A program made the position numbers and the translations under genes. From Octopus sinensis (taxonomy: Eukaryota): a stretch of DNA of 64,000 bases. Positions within the stretch are counted from its first letter, which is position 1. Each line of letters begins with the position of its first letter. The notes under the pieces were generated by a model. That model worked only from the letters and a program-made list of their open reading frames with translations. It was not told where the DNA came from and did not search any database. The stretch is from assembly GCF_006345805.1 (NCBI RefSeq), contig NC_042997.1:186868001-186932000 (forward strand). The letters are read 5' to 3'. Below, in pieces: positions 50,458 to 62,780 of this stretch.

Positions 50458-52459
50458 TGGGATCAATGAAATAAGTACCAGACAAGTACTGAGGTTGATG
50501 GTATCAACTAACCCCCTCCCCGCAAATTTCAGACCTTATGCCTATAGCAGACAGGATTATTATTGATATTATAAATGTTATTAAGGTGGTGTGCTGGCAG
50601 AATCATTAGCATGCTAGGCAAAGCACATAGTGGCATTTTGTTCATCTTTATGTTCTGAGTTCAAGAGTTCAAATTTCACTCATCATCGTTTAATGTCCGC
50701 TTTCCATGCTAGCATGGGTTGAATGATTTGACTGAGGGCTGGCGAACCAGATGGCTGCACCAGGCTCTAATCTTGATCTGGCAGAGTTTCTACAGCTGGA
50801 TGCCCTTTCTAACACCAACCACTCCAAGACTGTAGTGGGTGCTTTTATGTGCCACTGGCACGGGGGCCAGTCAGGCGGTACTGGCAACGACCTCGCTCGA
50901 ATCTTTTTTTAAAAAATTTTTGGAGCACCGGGATCAATGTTACTGACTTACCCACCACCCCGAAATTGCAGGCCTTGTGCCAAAATTTGAAACCATTATT
51001 AAGGTGGTGAGCAGGTGGAGGTGTTTCTGCATTGGACAAAATGTTAAGTGGTATTTCTATCAGTTCTTTACATTCTGTGTTCAATTCCTGTCGAGGTTAA
51101 CTTTGTCATCCTTTTCAGGAAGTTGATGAAATAAAATAAGATAAAATAAAATAAAATAAAATAAAATAAAATAAAGAACTTGGGTCAATGTAATCGACTT
51201 GCCCCCTCCTCTCAAAATGTGCTAAAATTAGAAAGAATTATTATTATTATTATTATGACGTTTTCCATTATTGCTTTGAAAACTGAAACTTAACTGTTTA
51301 TATGGGAGACAACAACAGCAACAGCTCATACAATGGCTTTCATTCATAGAAGTAGAACAGAAATGTGGAATGATTGTTTAGTCTATTTCTCACCATGGAA
51401 AATAATGGTGGAACACTTTCCCCCTTTGCTATCTGAAAAGCTTTGGTGCCATTAAAGATAAACTGGTACCTTTCAAAATATTTACAAAGTTTTATTGTTT
51501 TTCTTTGGATTATATGTGAGATATCACTTAAGACACTCCTTTAAGATCGCTCCCTACCATCACCCTCACCACCACCACACCCTTTAGGGAATTTTTGATA
51601 TTTATCACTTTTTCTGGTCTTTGTGAAAGCCACTTCATAGATGTACAGTATGACGTATTTTAAAAACAAAACAAAATAAAAATAATAGGTGCAGGCGTGG
51701 CAGTGTGGTAAGAAGCTTGTTTCTCAATCACATGGTTCTGGGTTCAGTTTCACTGCATGGCTTCTTGGGCCAATATTTTCCACTATAGCCTTGGGCTGAC
51801 CAAAGCGTTGTGAGTGGATTTGGTAGATGAAAATTGAAAGAAGCCCATTGTATATATATATATATATATATCGTCATCATCATCGTCATCGTTTAACATC
51901 CATTCAGTATTTGCTTTCCATGCTGGAACTGGTAAGCTGGAGAAGGGCATCAGGCTCCAGTCTGATTTTAGCTTGGTTACTATGGCCGGATGCCTTTCCT
52001 AATGTCAACCACCCTACAGAGTGTACCAAGTGCCTTTTACATGTCACTGACATGGGTGCTCATATGTGCCACCAGCATGGGTGCTTTTATGTGCCACCAG
52101 CATGGGTGCCTTTACATATGACAGGCTTCCACACATCTACCAAATTCACTAACAAGGCATTGATTGACTAGGGCTATACTAGAAAGACACTTACCCAAGT
52201 GAGTTTCTTAACCACTAAGCTATGCCTGTGCCTATGCAATAATATATATTGCTATATAACCCAAGGTTATGTCTGATTGAGTAGTCCTAGCACACACAAG
52301 TAATCAGCCAAACAACTAGGATATGATCCACAGATCTGTTGTTCCAGGTATACAATGTATTTACCATACTGAGTGCTATACTGCATGTTCTGACAGGTTA
52401 TGGTGAATGGTTGTCATAGAAAATGTAGTTTTATGTGGTAGTGGTTCTTTGATGTGATG

Positions 52460-53400
52460 ACAGGTGCAAGCATGGTTTAGAGGTAAGAAGTCTGCTTCCT
52501 AACAACATGGCTCTGGGTTCAGTCCTACTGCATGAAATCTCTAGCAAGTGTCTTCTACTAAACCCCTGGGCTGACCAAAGCTTTGCCAGTGGATTCATAG
52601 ATGGAAACTGAAAGAAACCTGCTATATGTGTGTGTATGTGTATATAATGGAAGGCAAGGTTTATGATATCGGAAGAATATCGTCTTCTTCCATTATTTCT
52701 TTTTGTTCTTTGTGTAGTTCAGGCTTCTGGCAGGTGAAGAGAGATGACTTCAAGTACAAATGCTATTTACAACTGGTTTATTTACAGGTTTTACAGGATA
52801 GGTGTGCTGCTCTCAGCTACCATCTTTAGCTGTGTGCGTTGTGTAATAGCTCCGTTAATGCGGGCATATTGCCTCTGGAGATACACATGCAGAAAGGTCC
52901 AGCCAGTGGTAGTGTTCAGCCAGCACTGCTGTGAAGTGATACCAAAAGAGAGAGAGATCCAAATTGGGTTTTCCTTTTATATAGCTTTCCATCGCGAGCC
53001 TCGTTGTGATCTCGCATATGGCAAATGGATTCATGTGAGGTCTTGCTCCAGTCTCAGAGATGGCAATGGCTGGCGTGAGATCTCATCCAATATGGTGCTG
53101 ACTGCATGTGTCGCTACATGTATGTTATAAATACACACACATGTATATATGCATTTGTGTTTTATTGTCTTGACATCACATGCTAGTTGTAAATGAGTGT
53201 CACTGTCATACAAGCAGTATCTCTCATGTCTGATATTCTTTCAGAAATGTGTGGCCATGGGGAAATATTATCGTGCTTCGAAACAGTTGAAGGTAGGTGA
53301 CAGAAAGTGCATCTGATCATAGAAAAACTGCCTCAAATAAACTCTGCCTGGACCATACAAGCACGGAAAAGTGGATATTAAAATGATGAAGATGATGATA
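52460..53400 (+). mobile_element. Composite SINE (family A head, unique middle, RTE-like tail) interrupted by a solo LTR
   Basis: Head at 52460; tail ccatacaagcacggaaaagtggatattaaaatgatg resembles the RTE 3' end; relatives at about 36480, 40140, 44210 and 46470. Confidence 0.65.
52639..53118 (-). mobile_element. Solo LTR (480 bp)
   Basis: TGTA...TACA termini; tgtatg on both flanks; minus-strand TATATAAAAGG near 52980 and AATAAA at 52777-52782; no coding signal. Confidence 0.65.
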
Positions 53401-53986
53401 ATGTTTTGATGATGGTCTTGTTGAGTGGAAGTGATGGTGGACTTGCGATGATGATGTTCTGATGATGGGTAGTGTTCAGATGGTCTTGTCATTAGGAAGT
53501 TGTGGCAAAGCTGTAGTGGTGTTGTGATGATGGTAACAAGGATATCATATAGTAATAACAACAGCGATATTAGTAGTACCAGTGTGGTAGCAGATTGGGT
53601 GTTGTGGTTGTGCCAACATTGATATCTACTATCAACTATCTTACAATACTACCATGAATAAATACCACATTGCTAAGTGTTTGTTGATATCTCAAGAATG
53701 AAAATAAACAATCACAAGCATTATAATGCCAATACTGATAACTAAAAGAAAGAGAGAAAGAAACTCTTTATACTCCTTTATAGAGTTCTCGAAAATGAGA
53801 TCTTATTTGCCTAATTTTCTTGTTTGGAGTGATAAAATATTGTTCATTGTCAGTTTTTAAGGCAAGTAATTGATTTCTTTATTTATTATCACGGAAGCTT
53901 GGCTTGGAAAATTTCCTTTCTAAATTATTGAAGGTGAAGGTATGCAATAAATTTTGGATGGAAATGATGTAGAGAGAGAGAAAGCG

Positions 53987-54023
<37 letters not shown>

Positions 54024-54479
54024 AGGAATACAGCATCAAACTAAATCAAATCTTTTCTATTGTTCATTTTACACAAACAAGGTATAGCAAGCATTTTTGC
54101 TTCACAAATTTAATCTAGTCAGGTACTCTACTATCTCAGCCATCTCTTCTATCATCTACAAAGTAAATATTGATTCCGTTTGACTCATCACCGGTCAAAT
54201 TTTTATTATAAGGGAGGATTATAGCTGATGGAATTGATATCAGTACATTACTAATATTTATTTTCTCGGAATTCTTTCACAAGAATTCATAAAAGGCAAA
54301 GACAAAACAAAATAAAAAGGAAGGAGGGGAGGAAATTTCTGTGGTAGAATTTGGATTTTGAGTTATAAAGGCCAAAATTAAGCAGGTATGGTAATAAAAA
54401 AATAATAAATATCAAAGATGATTATTAAACTGAAATTTGCTTTGTCGAGAGTAGGGGTGCGTTTTGGGAAAGCTTTATT

Positions 54480-55045
54480 TGCAATAGACTGGTATCTTAC
54501 TGGAGAGAAGATTCGCCACTCATTAAACACCAGAAAAGTCAGCTAAATGACAGTCATATGAAGAGCATAGATGTTGACAATAAATGGGGTAACTAACCAT
54601 CAATTACCACAGAATGTAGAAGAGTAGGTGCTCTATTTTGGCCAGTCATACCTTGGAGTATAACACAGTCAACAATTCCTAGTACATCATTAGAGATATA
54701 TGTGCCCTGGCCAGCACTGCTTCACTTTTCAGAGACAGCTTCCTGTTAACCCACGTCTGGGTTAGATTTAACATTCTCTTATCTCATCCAAGTTCTTTTC
54801 CCATTTAGATGTCTGGATTGAGTTAGATTCCAAGCAATTCAATTGGACAAATTGTTCAAAATGACTTACCTCGTCAGCTGTTTAGAATCGAGTCCACTGA
54901 TTTCTCTTGATCCTGTCATCTGTTTGTGATTGGCTAGTTTAGCATACACACCATTCCAGTTTTGGATATTTGTAATACCATGGCTATAACATCAACTTCA
55001 TAAGCAGATACTACATTTGTCTTTCCCAGGAGGGATATTCCCTAA
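54480..55045 (-). mobile_element. Tx1/L1-clade LINE RT relic
   Basis: VVSAYEVDV (YADD equivalent), LLGI*LNPD and TWVNRKLSLKSEAVLARAHI...LAKIEHLLFYILW, with stops and frameshifts. Confidence 0.7.
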
Positions 55046-55284
55046 AAATTGTCAAATTTCTTAATACAGCGTGGAGTAGCAATATATGCAAGAGCATGGA
55101 GTATGGATATCTTTGCCTAGTGCTACAAGTGCCCTAAAACTTGGACGATAAGAAGCTGCCATTGTAGAATGTGGCCATGCAAGCACACAAGAACCAGCTT
55201 GAACCAGAACAGCCACCTAGTGCTGTTGCTGTTTTGACTGAAATTAATTAACAGTTGGACAAATAAGATTTATTTTCTAAACAT

Positions 55285-55655
55285 CATCATTATCGTTTAA
55301 CGTCCGCTTTCCATGCTAGCATGGGTTGGATGATTTGACTGAGGGCTGGCAAACCAGATGACTGTACCAGGCTCCAATCTTGATCTGGTAGAGTTTCTAC
55401 AGCTGGACGCCCTTCCTAACGCCAACCACTCCAAGAGTGTAGTGGGTGCTTTTACGTGCCAGTCAGGCGGTACTGGCAATGACCTTGCTCAAATGTTTTC
55501 ACATGTGCCACCGGCACAAGTGCCAGTGAGGCGATGCTGGTAACGATTACACTCGAATGGTGCCTTTTACGTGCCGCTGGCATGGAGGCCAGTTAGCCGC
55601 TCTGTCAACGATCACACTCGTATGGTGCTCTTTGCACCCCACTAGCACGGATGCC
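55285..55655 (-). mobile_element. RTE 3'UTR fragment with at least three tandem modules of about 60 bp
   Basis: Repeated gtgcca..ggca...ccagt.ag..g..ctg..aacga..ac.ctc units. Confidence 0.75.
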
Positions 55656-56529
55656 AGTCATCGAATTTGATTTGTACTGTGTGAGAATGAAGTTGTCCTA
55701 AATAATCCTATCTAGAAATGCAGAAATTTGTACAGGTTTGACAGTTTCACCAAGGACAAGGATCAATCTTTTTGCAAAAAGTAAATCAGTGTAGAATACA
55801 CAGAGACTTGTAATGTTCTGCGTTGATAAATAGTTATACAAGGGGTTCAATTCAAGGAATAAATTTTATGTTGTGAGGAAGCAGAACAGTTAAATGTTTT
55901 GGCCACAACTCTTCATTGTGTGTGTGAGAAAGAAAGAGAGAGTAGGAGAGAGAGAGTGAAAGACAGTCTAATGATTATTAGCATTGTAGAATAAAAATGA
56001 AGTCCTCCTGAGCAAGCAGACTTATGGCACATAAACAGTTGGCTAAATGAGTAGATGAGACCTACAAAGCAGTTGTTTCATTTATACCATACTTTGATCT
56101 AGTTGAGAGCTATACAACATAATATAACAGATTATAATGAATTATATCAACATCGTTATTATCATCATCATTATTATCATTATCATTATAATAATTATCA
56201 TCATCCCAAAGCTATTACATGCTAATATAATTAGTAGGGATGTTATTCTGGGGTCTGGTGTCAACAGATTTCTTCAAATACCAAAAATCTTTCTTGGGAT
56301 TCTTGCAGAATATAGGATGATGCTTTCTGCAGGTCAACAACGCGAGTCTCAATTGCAGCTTGATAATGCTTTTGTTATCATTATTATTGTTTTACTTCTC
56401 AGAGCACTCGACTCGATCTTGTTTGCTCTGGTAGATTCTGTGAGAGCGGACAGCAGCTTGTTGTCAGCGGTCACACAGGGTCTCTTTTCATACATTATAA
56501 TCTGGGATACTTGGTTGTTAATTATCATG

Positions 56530-56650
56530 GAAGACATTCAACACCCAACTGCTGATTCCAAAATCCCAGATGTCCCCAGCAGAGCAGTTTTTCAAGCTTG
56601 CCCTGATCTCATGTCAATTCTGATTTCTTTGACATATTTCTTGAACTTGG
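56530..56650 (-). mobile_element. R4/Dong-type element 3' relic
   Basis: KFKKYVKEIRIDMRSGQA*KTALLGTSGIL resembles the RLE C-terminal motif QKTALLGTARILR. Confidence 0.6.
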
Positions 56651-56699
56651 TTTATTATAATAATAATAATAATAATTATTATTATTAGTAGTAGTAGTA

Positions 56700-56868
56700 G
56701 TAGGAGTGGCTGTGTGGTAAGTAGCTTGCTTATGAACCACATGGTTCCGAGTTCAGTCCCACTGCATGGTACCTTGGGCAAGTGTCTTCTACTATAGCCT
56801 CGGGCCAACCAAAGCCTTGTGAGTGGATTTGGTAGACGGAAACTGAAAGACGTCCATAGTATATATGT

Positions 56869-56914
<46 letters not shown>

Positions 56915-57118
56915 ATATGTTTGTGTGTCTGTGTTTGTTCCCCCAACATCACTTGACAACCGATGTTGGTGTGTTTACATCCCCGTAACTTAGCGGTTTG
57001 GCAAAAGAAACTGATAGAATGAGTACTAGGCTTACAAAGAATAAGTCCTGGGGTCGATTTGCTTGGCTAAAGGCGGTACACCAGCATGGCCACTGTCAAA
57101 TGACTGAAACAAGAGTAT
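56700..57118 (+). mobile_element. SINE family A, full length
   Basis: Head inserted in (TAG)n; family body and tail. Confidence 0.9.
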
Positions 57119-57269
57119 TACTGAATAGTCCCAAGAAAGTTTGAGATCCACTGGACTGGTAGTGTTCGACCTCAGAAGGACAACAGAAAGAAATCGACAT
57201 ATTGTTAATATTTTTTCACTTGTTGTGTTTAACATTTTATTTTTGTATTTTCCAACAGTATGCAACACT

Positions 57270-57545
57270 AAATAGTGAGGAAGAAGTCAATAATTATGAC
57301 TATTGACTATTCTCCAGGAGTTAATAGTCTTGATCTCTGCGTGTGAAGGAAGCTAATAGTTCTAGGGACTGCTGGGAAGGAATAGGCTATTAATTCCGGT
57401 GTTTATACGTAAAGGAAATAATCAATAGTTCTGTCTGATGGAGAGGAAGTAGTTAATAGCCTTGTTGTCTGTTGGGAATGAATAAACGGATAGTCTTGAT
57501 AGTCTGTGAATGAAAGAAAGCAGCCAATAGTTCTAGGGTGTGTAT
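57270..57545. repeat. Degenerate minisatellite, period about 30-37 bp
   Basis: About 7-8 units anchored on aatagtYcT with a gaaggaa-like end. Confidence 0.6.
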
Positions 57546-59212
57546 ATTAATGAAAAATAAAACAAAAAAAAAATGGAGTTTCTTATAACTATTGAACGTA
57601 AAAACATAAGTAAAACTACTATAAATGTACTAAGTTAGTTATTTCCTTTTTTTCCTCCTGTGATGTTTATTAATAGAATTATGGAGAAAAGAATTGTTTT
57701 TTTCTTTTCCCTAGCAATATATGTAATAATATTGTCTGGATAGTTGTCAAGAAGCTTTTTAAAGAAGATTAAGAGGTTGTTGTTAATGGAAGGATAAGAA
57801 AAATATTATTGAGTAAATTTAACCTTCAAGTAAAAGATATATTCACAGTGAGCAAGATATGAAAGAATATTGACTGGATGGAGAGAAAAATTTTAGATGG
57901 GCATCATAGGGTGATGGTTTATAAAAACAAGTTATAGCTTCAATATTTTGTTGAATGATCTACTTATGAAGAGAACAATACATACACATGCGCATGCACA
58001 TACACACACCCACACACACATACATACACACACTCACATTTACTTAACTTGCTGTGATAGTCCATTGTTGAAGACCAATTTAACAGCGATGTAATCAAAG
58101 ATTTGTTTCAAAAGTTGTTTTATATGACAGTCAATAAAATAAAATATTTATTTGTAAAAAGATGAAAATATACAAAATGAATTTTAAGAATCTTGCAATG
58201 ATATCAAGTCGAGCTAATGGAATAAAAGTTTAGCTGTACAGTGTAAAAATAAAACATGATGCTGGTTTAATCTATGAGAATTGAGGCAATATTAATTAGA
58301 TTTTAGCTTTATACACTACAATTGTTGAAATTTATTCAAAATAAAATACGAGTAAATAATAAAATAAAGAACCACAAACATAACTGTAAAAATGTATATC
58401 AGCAGTAATCAGTCATATTTTTGCTATGATAAATTCTTCTTCTTAGCCTCTTTCTTAAAAGTCAGATGAAATCTGTTGTTATAAAACTAACTTTCCATTC
58501 ATGATTTTATACTGATGAAATGTAGAAATCTATAGAGGAACTTGTTAATTTATAAAGATATAAAGCTTATCAATAGAATTAAAGAAAACTGAATTATCGC
58601 TACTCGCTTGGAAATATTACAGCAAGGCTTGTGTTAGTTGCCAGCAGATTTAACTGTTGATGAAATGTGGATAGCTTCATAACCTCGAGATAAATGCTCA
58701 GCAACATCCAAGTGGGGTTGTGACCCTCGAGAATGACAGCTCTAGCTAATGCTAGATGTCATCTATTGTAAATATATCAATGAAACCAATCTTAAAATTA
58801 ATAAACCACTTCTTATAACTTGGATTTGAACATCAAGAGTCGTGTCACCAATAAAACATCTGATTATCTGTTGCAGAATTGGCATTTTGTACTTTGGTAT
58901 GCATATCATTCATAAAAGACGCATGCCATGCTTACTAAGTAATATTAGTTGATGAATATTACCACAGACTACAACCTCATTGATCAGGAGCTAATAAAAG
59001 AGTCTCTACAGAGTGACTTGACCTGCTAGAAATAGCTACTAAATTTCCCTTAAATCACATTCTACTATCTGAAAAAAAAAAAGGTGATATCTAAGTAATT
59101 GTTTGATTATGTAGTATTAGATACATGCTTAAATGTTTTGATGTCTGAGATGCAATGTTATGAATATGATTATAATTTTTTGGACAATTAAATTCATCGT
59201 TAGTAATGGAAA

Positions 59213-59251
59213 ATGCTTCTCAGCCTTTTGCCTAAGATCAAAGTGTAATAT
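59213..59251 (+). pseudogene. U2 snRNA 5' fragment (about nt 1-40)
   Basis: atgcttctcagccttttgcctaagatcaaagtgtaatat vs U2 ATCGCTTCTCGGCCTTTTGGCTAAGATCAAAGTGTAGTAT (1 deletion, 3 substitutions); no further U2 sequence. Confidence 0.8.
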
Positions 59252-59349
59252 TCATAAATCAATTGATGCGTAGTGTAGATGTAATATTATAACATTTTTT
59301 CATCTCTGAAGACAGAGTTAATTATCTGAAAAAAAAAATGTTTCTATTG

Positions 59350-60050
59350 AGGAATGGCTGCGTGGTTAAGAAGCTCACTTTGAAACCGTGTGTTTTCGAG
59401 TTCAGGTCCACTGTGTGGTCACTTGGGTGTCTTCTGCTATAGCCCTGGCTGACCAATGTCTTATAAGTAAAATTGTTAGATAGAAACTCTGCAGAAGCCA
59501 GCCAACCAGCCAGCCAGCCAGCCAGTCATGTATGTATGTATGTATGTAAGTATGTACGCACGCATGCACGCACACATGCATGGATGCATGCATATATGTA
59601 TATATGCATGCATGTATGTATATATGCCTGCACATATGTATATATGCATGCATGTATGCATGAATGTATATATGCATGTGTATATGTATGCATGCATATA
59701 TGTATGCATTCATGTATGCATGCATGCATGTATGTATGTATGTATGCATGCATGTATATATGTATGCATGCATGCATGCATGCATGTATGTATATATGCA
59801 TGCATTTATGTATATATGCATGTATGTGTGTGTGTGTTTGTGAATGTATGTCATTGTGTTTCTTCCCCACTGCTTGACAACTGGTGTTGGTTTGTTGACA
59901 CTCACATAACTTTGCAGTTTGACAAAAGAATCCGATAGAATAAGTACCAGCCTTAAAGTAAGTACTGGGGTCGATTTGTTTGATCAAATCCCTTTAAAAC
60001 AGTGCCTTAGCATGGCCATAGTCCAATGACTGAAGCAAGTAAAAGATAAA
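59350..60050 (+). mobile_element. SINE family A with an expanded internal (ATGC/ATGT)n microsatellite (59528-59835)
   Basis: Head, microsatellite and tail are colinear with other copies. Confidence 0.8.
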
Positions 60051-60557
60051 AGATACATATTTGCAAAAAAAAAATAAAAATGGAAAAAAAAAAGCCGCTC
60101 ATGGCAGAATGCTTTTTGGTCATAGATCTGCTCAGTGAGGAACAGCTTTGGGTTAAACAACAACAACAGCAACAATAAAATCAAAGGGTTCAATATAAGA
60201 CCTTTATTTCCAGTCCAATGAGAAGTAAACAATAAGACAGATTTACACTGGAAGTCTATAAGAATTATTCTAAAGAATTATTCTAAAACATTTTCAGACT
60301 TATGTTTTGATATTCATAATGTATCTTTTATTTGTTTCAGCAAAACTGGGGCAGCACCTTGAATGGTTTTTAAACCTGGTACCTATTCTATCAGTATCTT
60401 ATACCAAATTGCTAAGTAATCGGGATGCAAGCAAACTAACATCAGTTGTCAAGCAGGGGTAAGGGACAAACACAAACAGACATAGACAGACAGACAAACC
60501 AGACACACATACATTCACATTCATTCTCGTATACATGATTGGTTTCTTGTAGTTTCT

Positions 60558-60970
60558 TATTTCTTTATTGCCCACAAGGGGCTAAACATAGAAGGGACAA
60601 ACAAGGACAGACAAAGGAATTAAGTCGATTACATCAACCCCAGTGCATAACTGGTACTTAATTTATCGACCCCGAAAGGATGAAAGGCAAAGTCGACCTC
60701 AGCGGAATTTGAACTCAGAACATAACGGCAGATGAAATACCTATTTCTTTACTACCCACAAGGGGCTACATACAGAGGGGTCAAACAAGGACAGACAAAT
60801 GGATTAAGTTGATTAGATCGACCCCGGTGCATAACTGGTTCTTATTTAATTGACCTCGAAAGGATGAAAGGCAAAGTCGACCTCGGCGGAATTTGAACTC
60901 AGAACATAACGGCAGATGAAATACCGCTAAGCATTTCGCCCAGCGTGCTAACGTTTCTGCTAGCTCGCCT
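60558..60970 (-). mobile_element. SINE family B, dimeric copy, nested in SINE A
   Basis: Same junction gaaatacct|atttctttactacccac at about 60742. Confidence 0.9.
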
Positions 60971-61951
60971 TCTTGCAGTTTCTGTCTAACAAATCCGCTC
61001 ACAAGGTTTTCATTGGCCCGGGGTTATAGTAATAGACACTTGCCCATGGTGCCATGTGGTAGAACTGAACCCAAAAATATGTGCTTGGGAAGCAAATATC
61101 TTAAAACAGTCACACTTGCACCTATTATATATATGTCACACAGATTTTCACAAAATAGATTAGGAAAAGTGAATATCAAAATTTCTTGCATGACAGCAAT
61201 TACTTCATTGCATTTTCAGCGTAATCTATGGAAATAAATATAATATATATGGAAGTTAGAAATATCTGAAAATATATGCAAGTCTTTCTCACCACAGAAA
61301 ATCTTATTTGTGTTTCCTTACTCAATTGTTTCTCTTTTTACAGCATGTATTGATTAAATGCTACAGACAATATTTCCCAGGAACTGCTACTGATAGCTAC
61401 ATATACAATCTGCCTGGTCATTCTTACACAATGCAATATTAATGTATTCTTTAATCGCACTTCTAGGTATCTTTTTAAGCCATTCTCACAGGAGGCAGAT
61501 GTAAGAATCTGCATGAACTAAAATTTTTGTATTAGTAATTTTAAGGAACAGAGGGATTACTTTGCCAAGAGTCTTGGGATTTATTCATTTCTTTATTTAT
61601 TAATCTATTTATTTGTCTGCTTATTTATTTGCTTATTTATTTATCTGTTTATGGATTCATTCAGACTTTTTCATTTAAGGTTTAAATTTCTACCAGATTA
61701 AGTCAAGTTTCTTGATAAAATGGCACTTCTTTCTCATATCGTAATATGTTAAGTATACATTATAAAGCATTTAAATAATACATGCATGTGTCTCGAAGAA
61801 TCATGTTTATAATACATTATATATAGATATATATATACATTATATACATATATAATATGTATATATATATATACACACACACACACACAAATACATATAC
61901 ATTATACATACACACACATATTCAAATATGTATACGTGTGTATATATATAT

Positions 61952-61984
<33 letters not shown>

Positions 61985-62200
61985 TGATAGAAATGGTAAG
62001 ACAACAAAAGAATGAAAGAGACCTTGATATTATGTAAATAGAGGAATTTATCTGTAAATATAATATGTGACAAAGAAAACTCTGAGTTTCAGATGTCAGG
62101 GCAGAAACCCATGCCACCATCTCTTCAGTTATCGGACCATTGAAAAAAATGCTATGAAAATGACCGTTAAACAAAAGGGAAATTACTGTGTGATTGACTG
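61985..62200 (-). mobile_element. Penelope pLTR-like module with a hammerhead-like vestige (62077-62133)
   Basis: Minus strand CTGAAGA-gatg...catct-GAAA-ctcagag-TT; stem I not paired. Confidence 0.4.
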
Positions 62201-62674
62201 TTATTTAGACAAAAGAGCTATTAGGAAGACCACTAAGTGAGGGGAGGGAGTATAGGTAAGAGAGTAAAAATGTTCATAGTAATCGCGTAAGCGTGCATAT
62301 CCATACATACACATGCACGCCCGCACACCCACGTACATGCGCCTATAAGAATATACTCATCCACCTTCACTTGAAACACACACATGCTCACCCACACATT
62401 TGCCAAAAACTATATACATACCTGCATACATGCTCGCGCGTGTGTGTGTGTGCGTTTATAGACATGTGCGGGTATGCATGTATATAGATGTGTTTGTGTG
62501 TGTGCATACGAGAATGTGCATATATAGACGTGTTTTACTCTTATTACTTATTTTTTACACTTTCTTTACACATTATTCTGTATTTTGCCTGTCGTCCTGT
62601 TTTTCCTTGTGCATGGGCGTATATAGACGTGTGTATGAACCTTTCTTCATAGCAAGGGTGGCTATCTGGGTAGT

Positions 62675-62780
62675 TGAGGGCCACTATGAAAAGTAGTGGT
62701 CCCAAGACAGTGCCCTGTGGAACACTGCTCACTATTTGTGTTTTCTTTGAGGTGGCTCCATTGGTCACTACTGCCTGACT
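62675..62780 (-). mobile_element. CR1/Jockey-group RT core fragment
   Basis: SQAVVTNGATSKKTQIVSSVPQGTVLGPLLFIVAL (GVPQGSVLGPLLF motif). Confidence 0.75.

Larger units (their letters stand above)
49205..51240. mobile_element. Cluster of at least five SINE B-related copies with (ATT)n tails, with nested MITEs and an RTE fragment (50680-50905 -)
   Basis: Heads at about 49205, 49458, 50066, 50583 and 51000. Confidence 0.8.

Noticed and set aside
52744-53130. 128-aa ORF as a membrane protein
   Set aside because: Antisense to the solo LTR; no recognisable domain.
54870-54990. Minus-strand exon with donor GAG|GTAAGT
   Set aside because: Lies within the Tx1/L1 RT relic; the open frame is LINE sequence.
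56137-56688. Longest ORF (183 aa)
   Set aside because: Built from (ATC/ATT)n, repeat fragments and the antisense of an R4-type relic.
57270-57545. CRISPR-like repeat/spacer array
   Set aside because: Eukaryotic context, conserved part under 10 nt and highly degenerate, no cas genes.
59402-59987. His/Met/Tyr-rich ORFs of 134-167 aa
   Set aside because: Translations of the (ATGC/ATGT)n microsatellite inside a SINE; the same applies to all YIYI/THTH ORFs.
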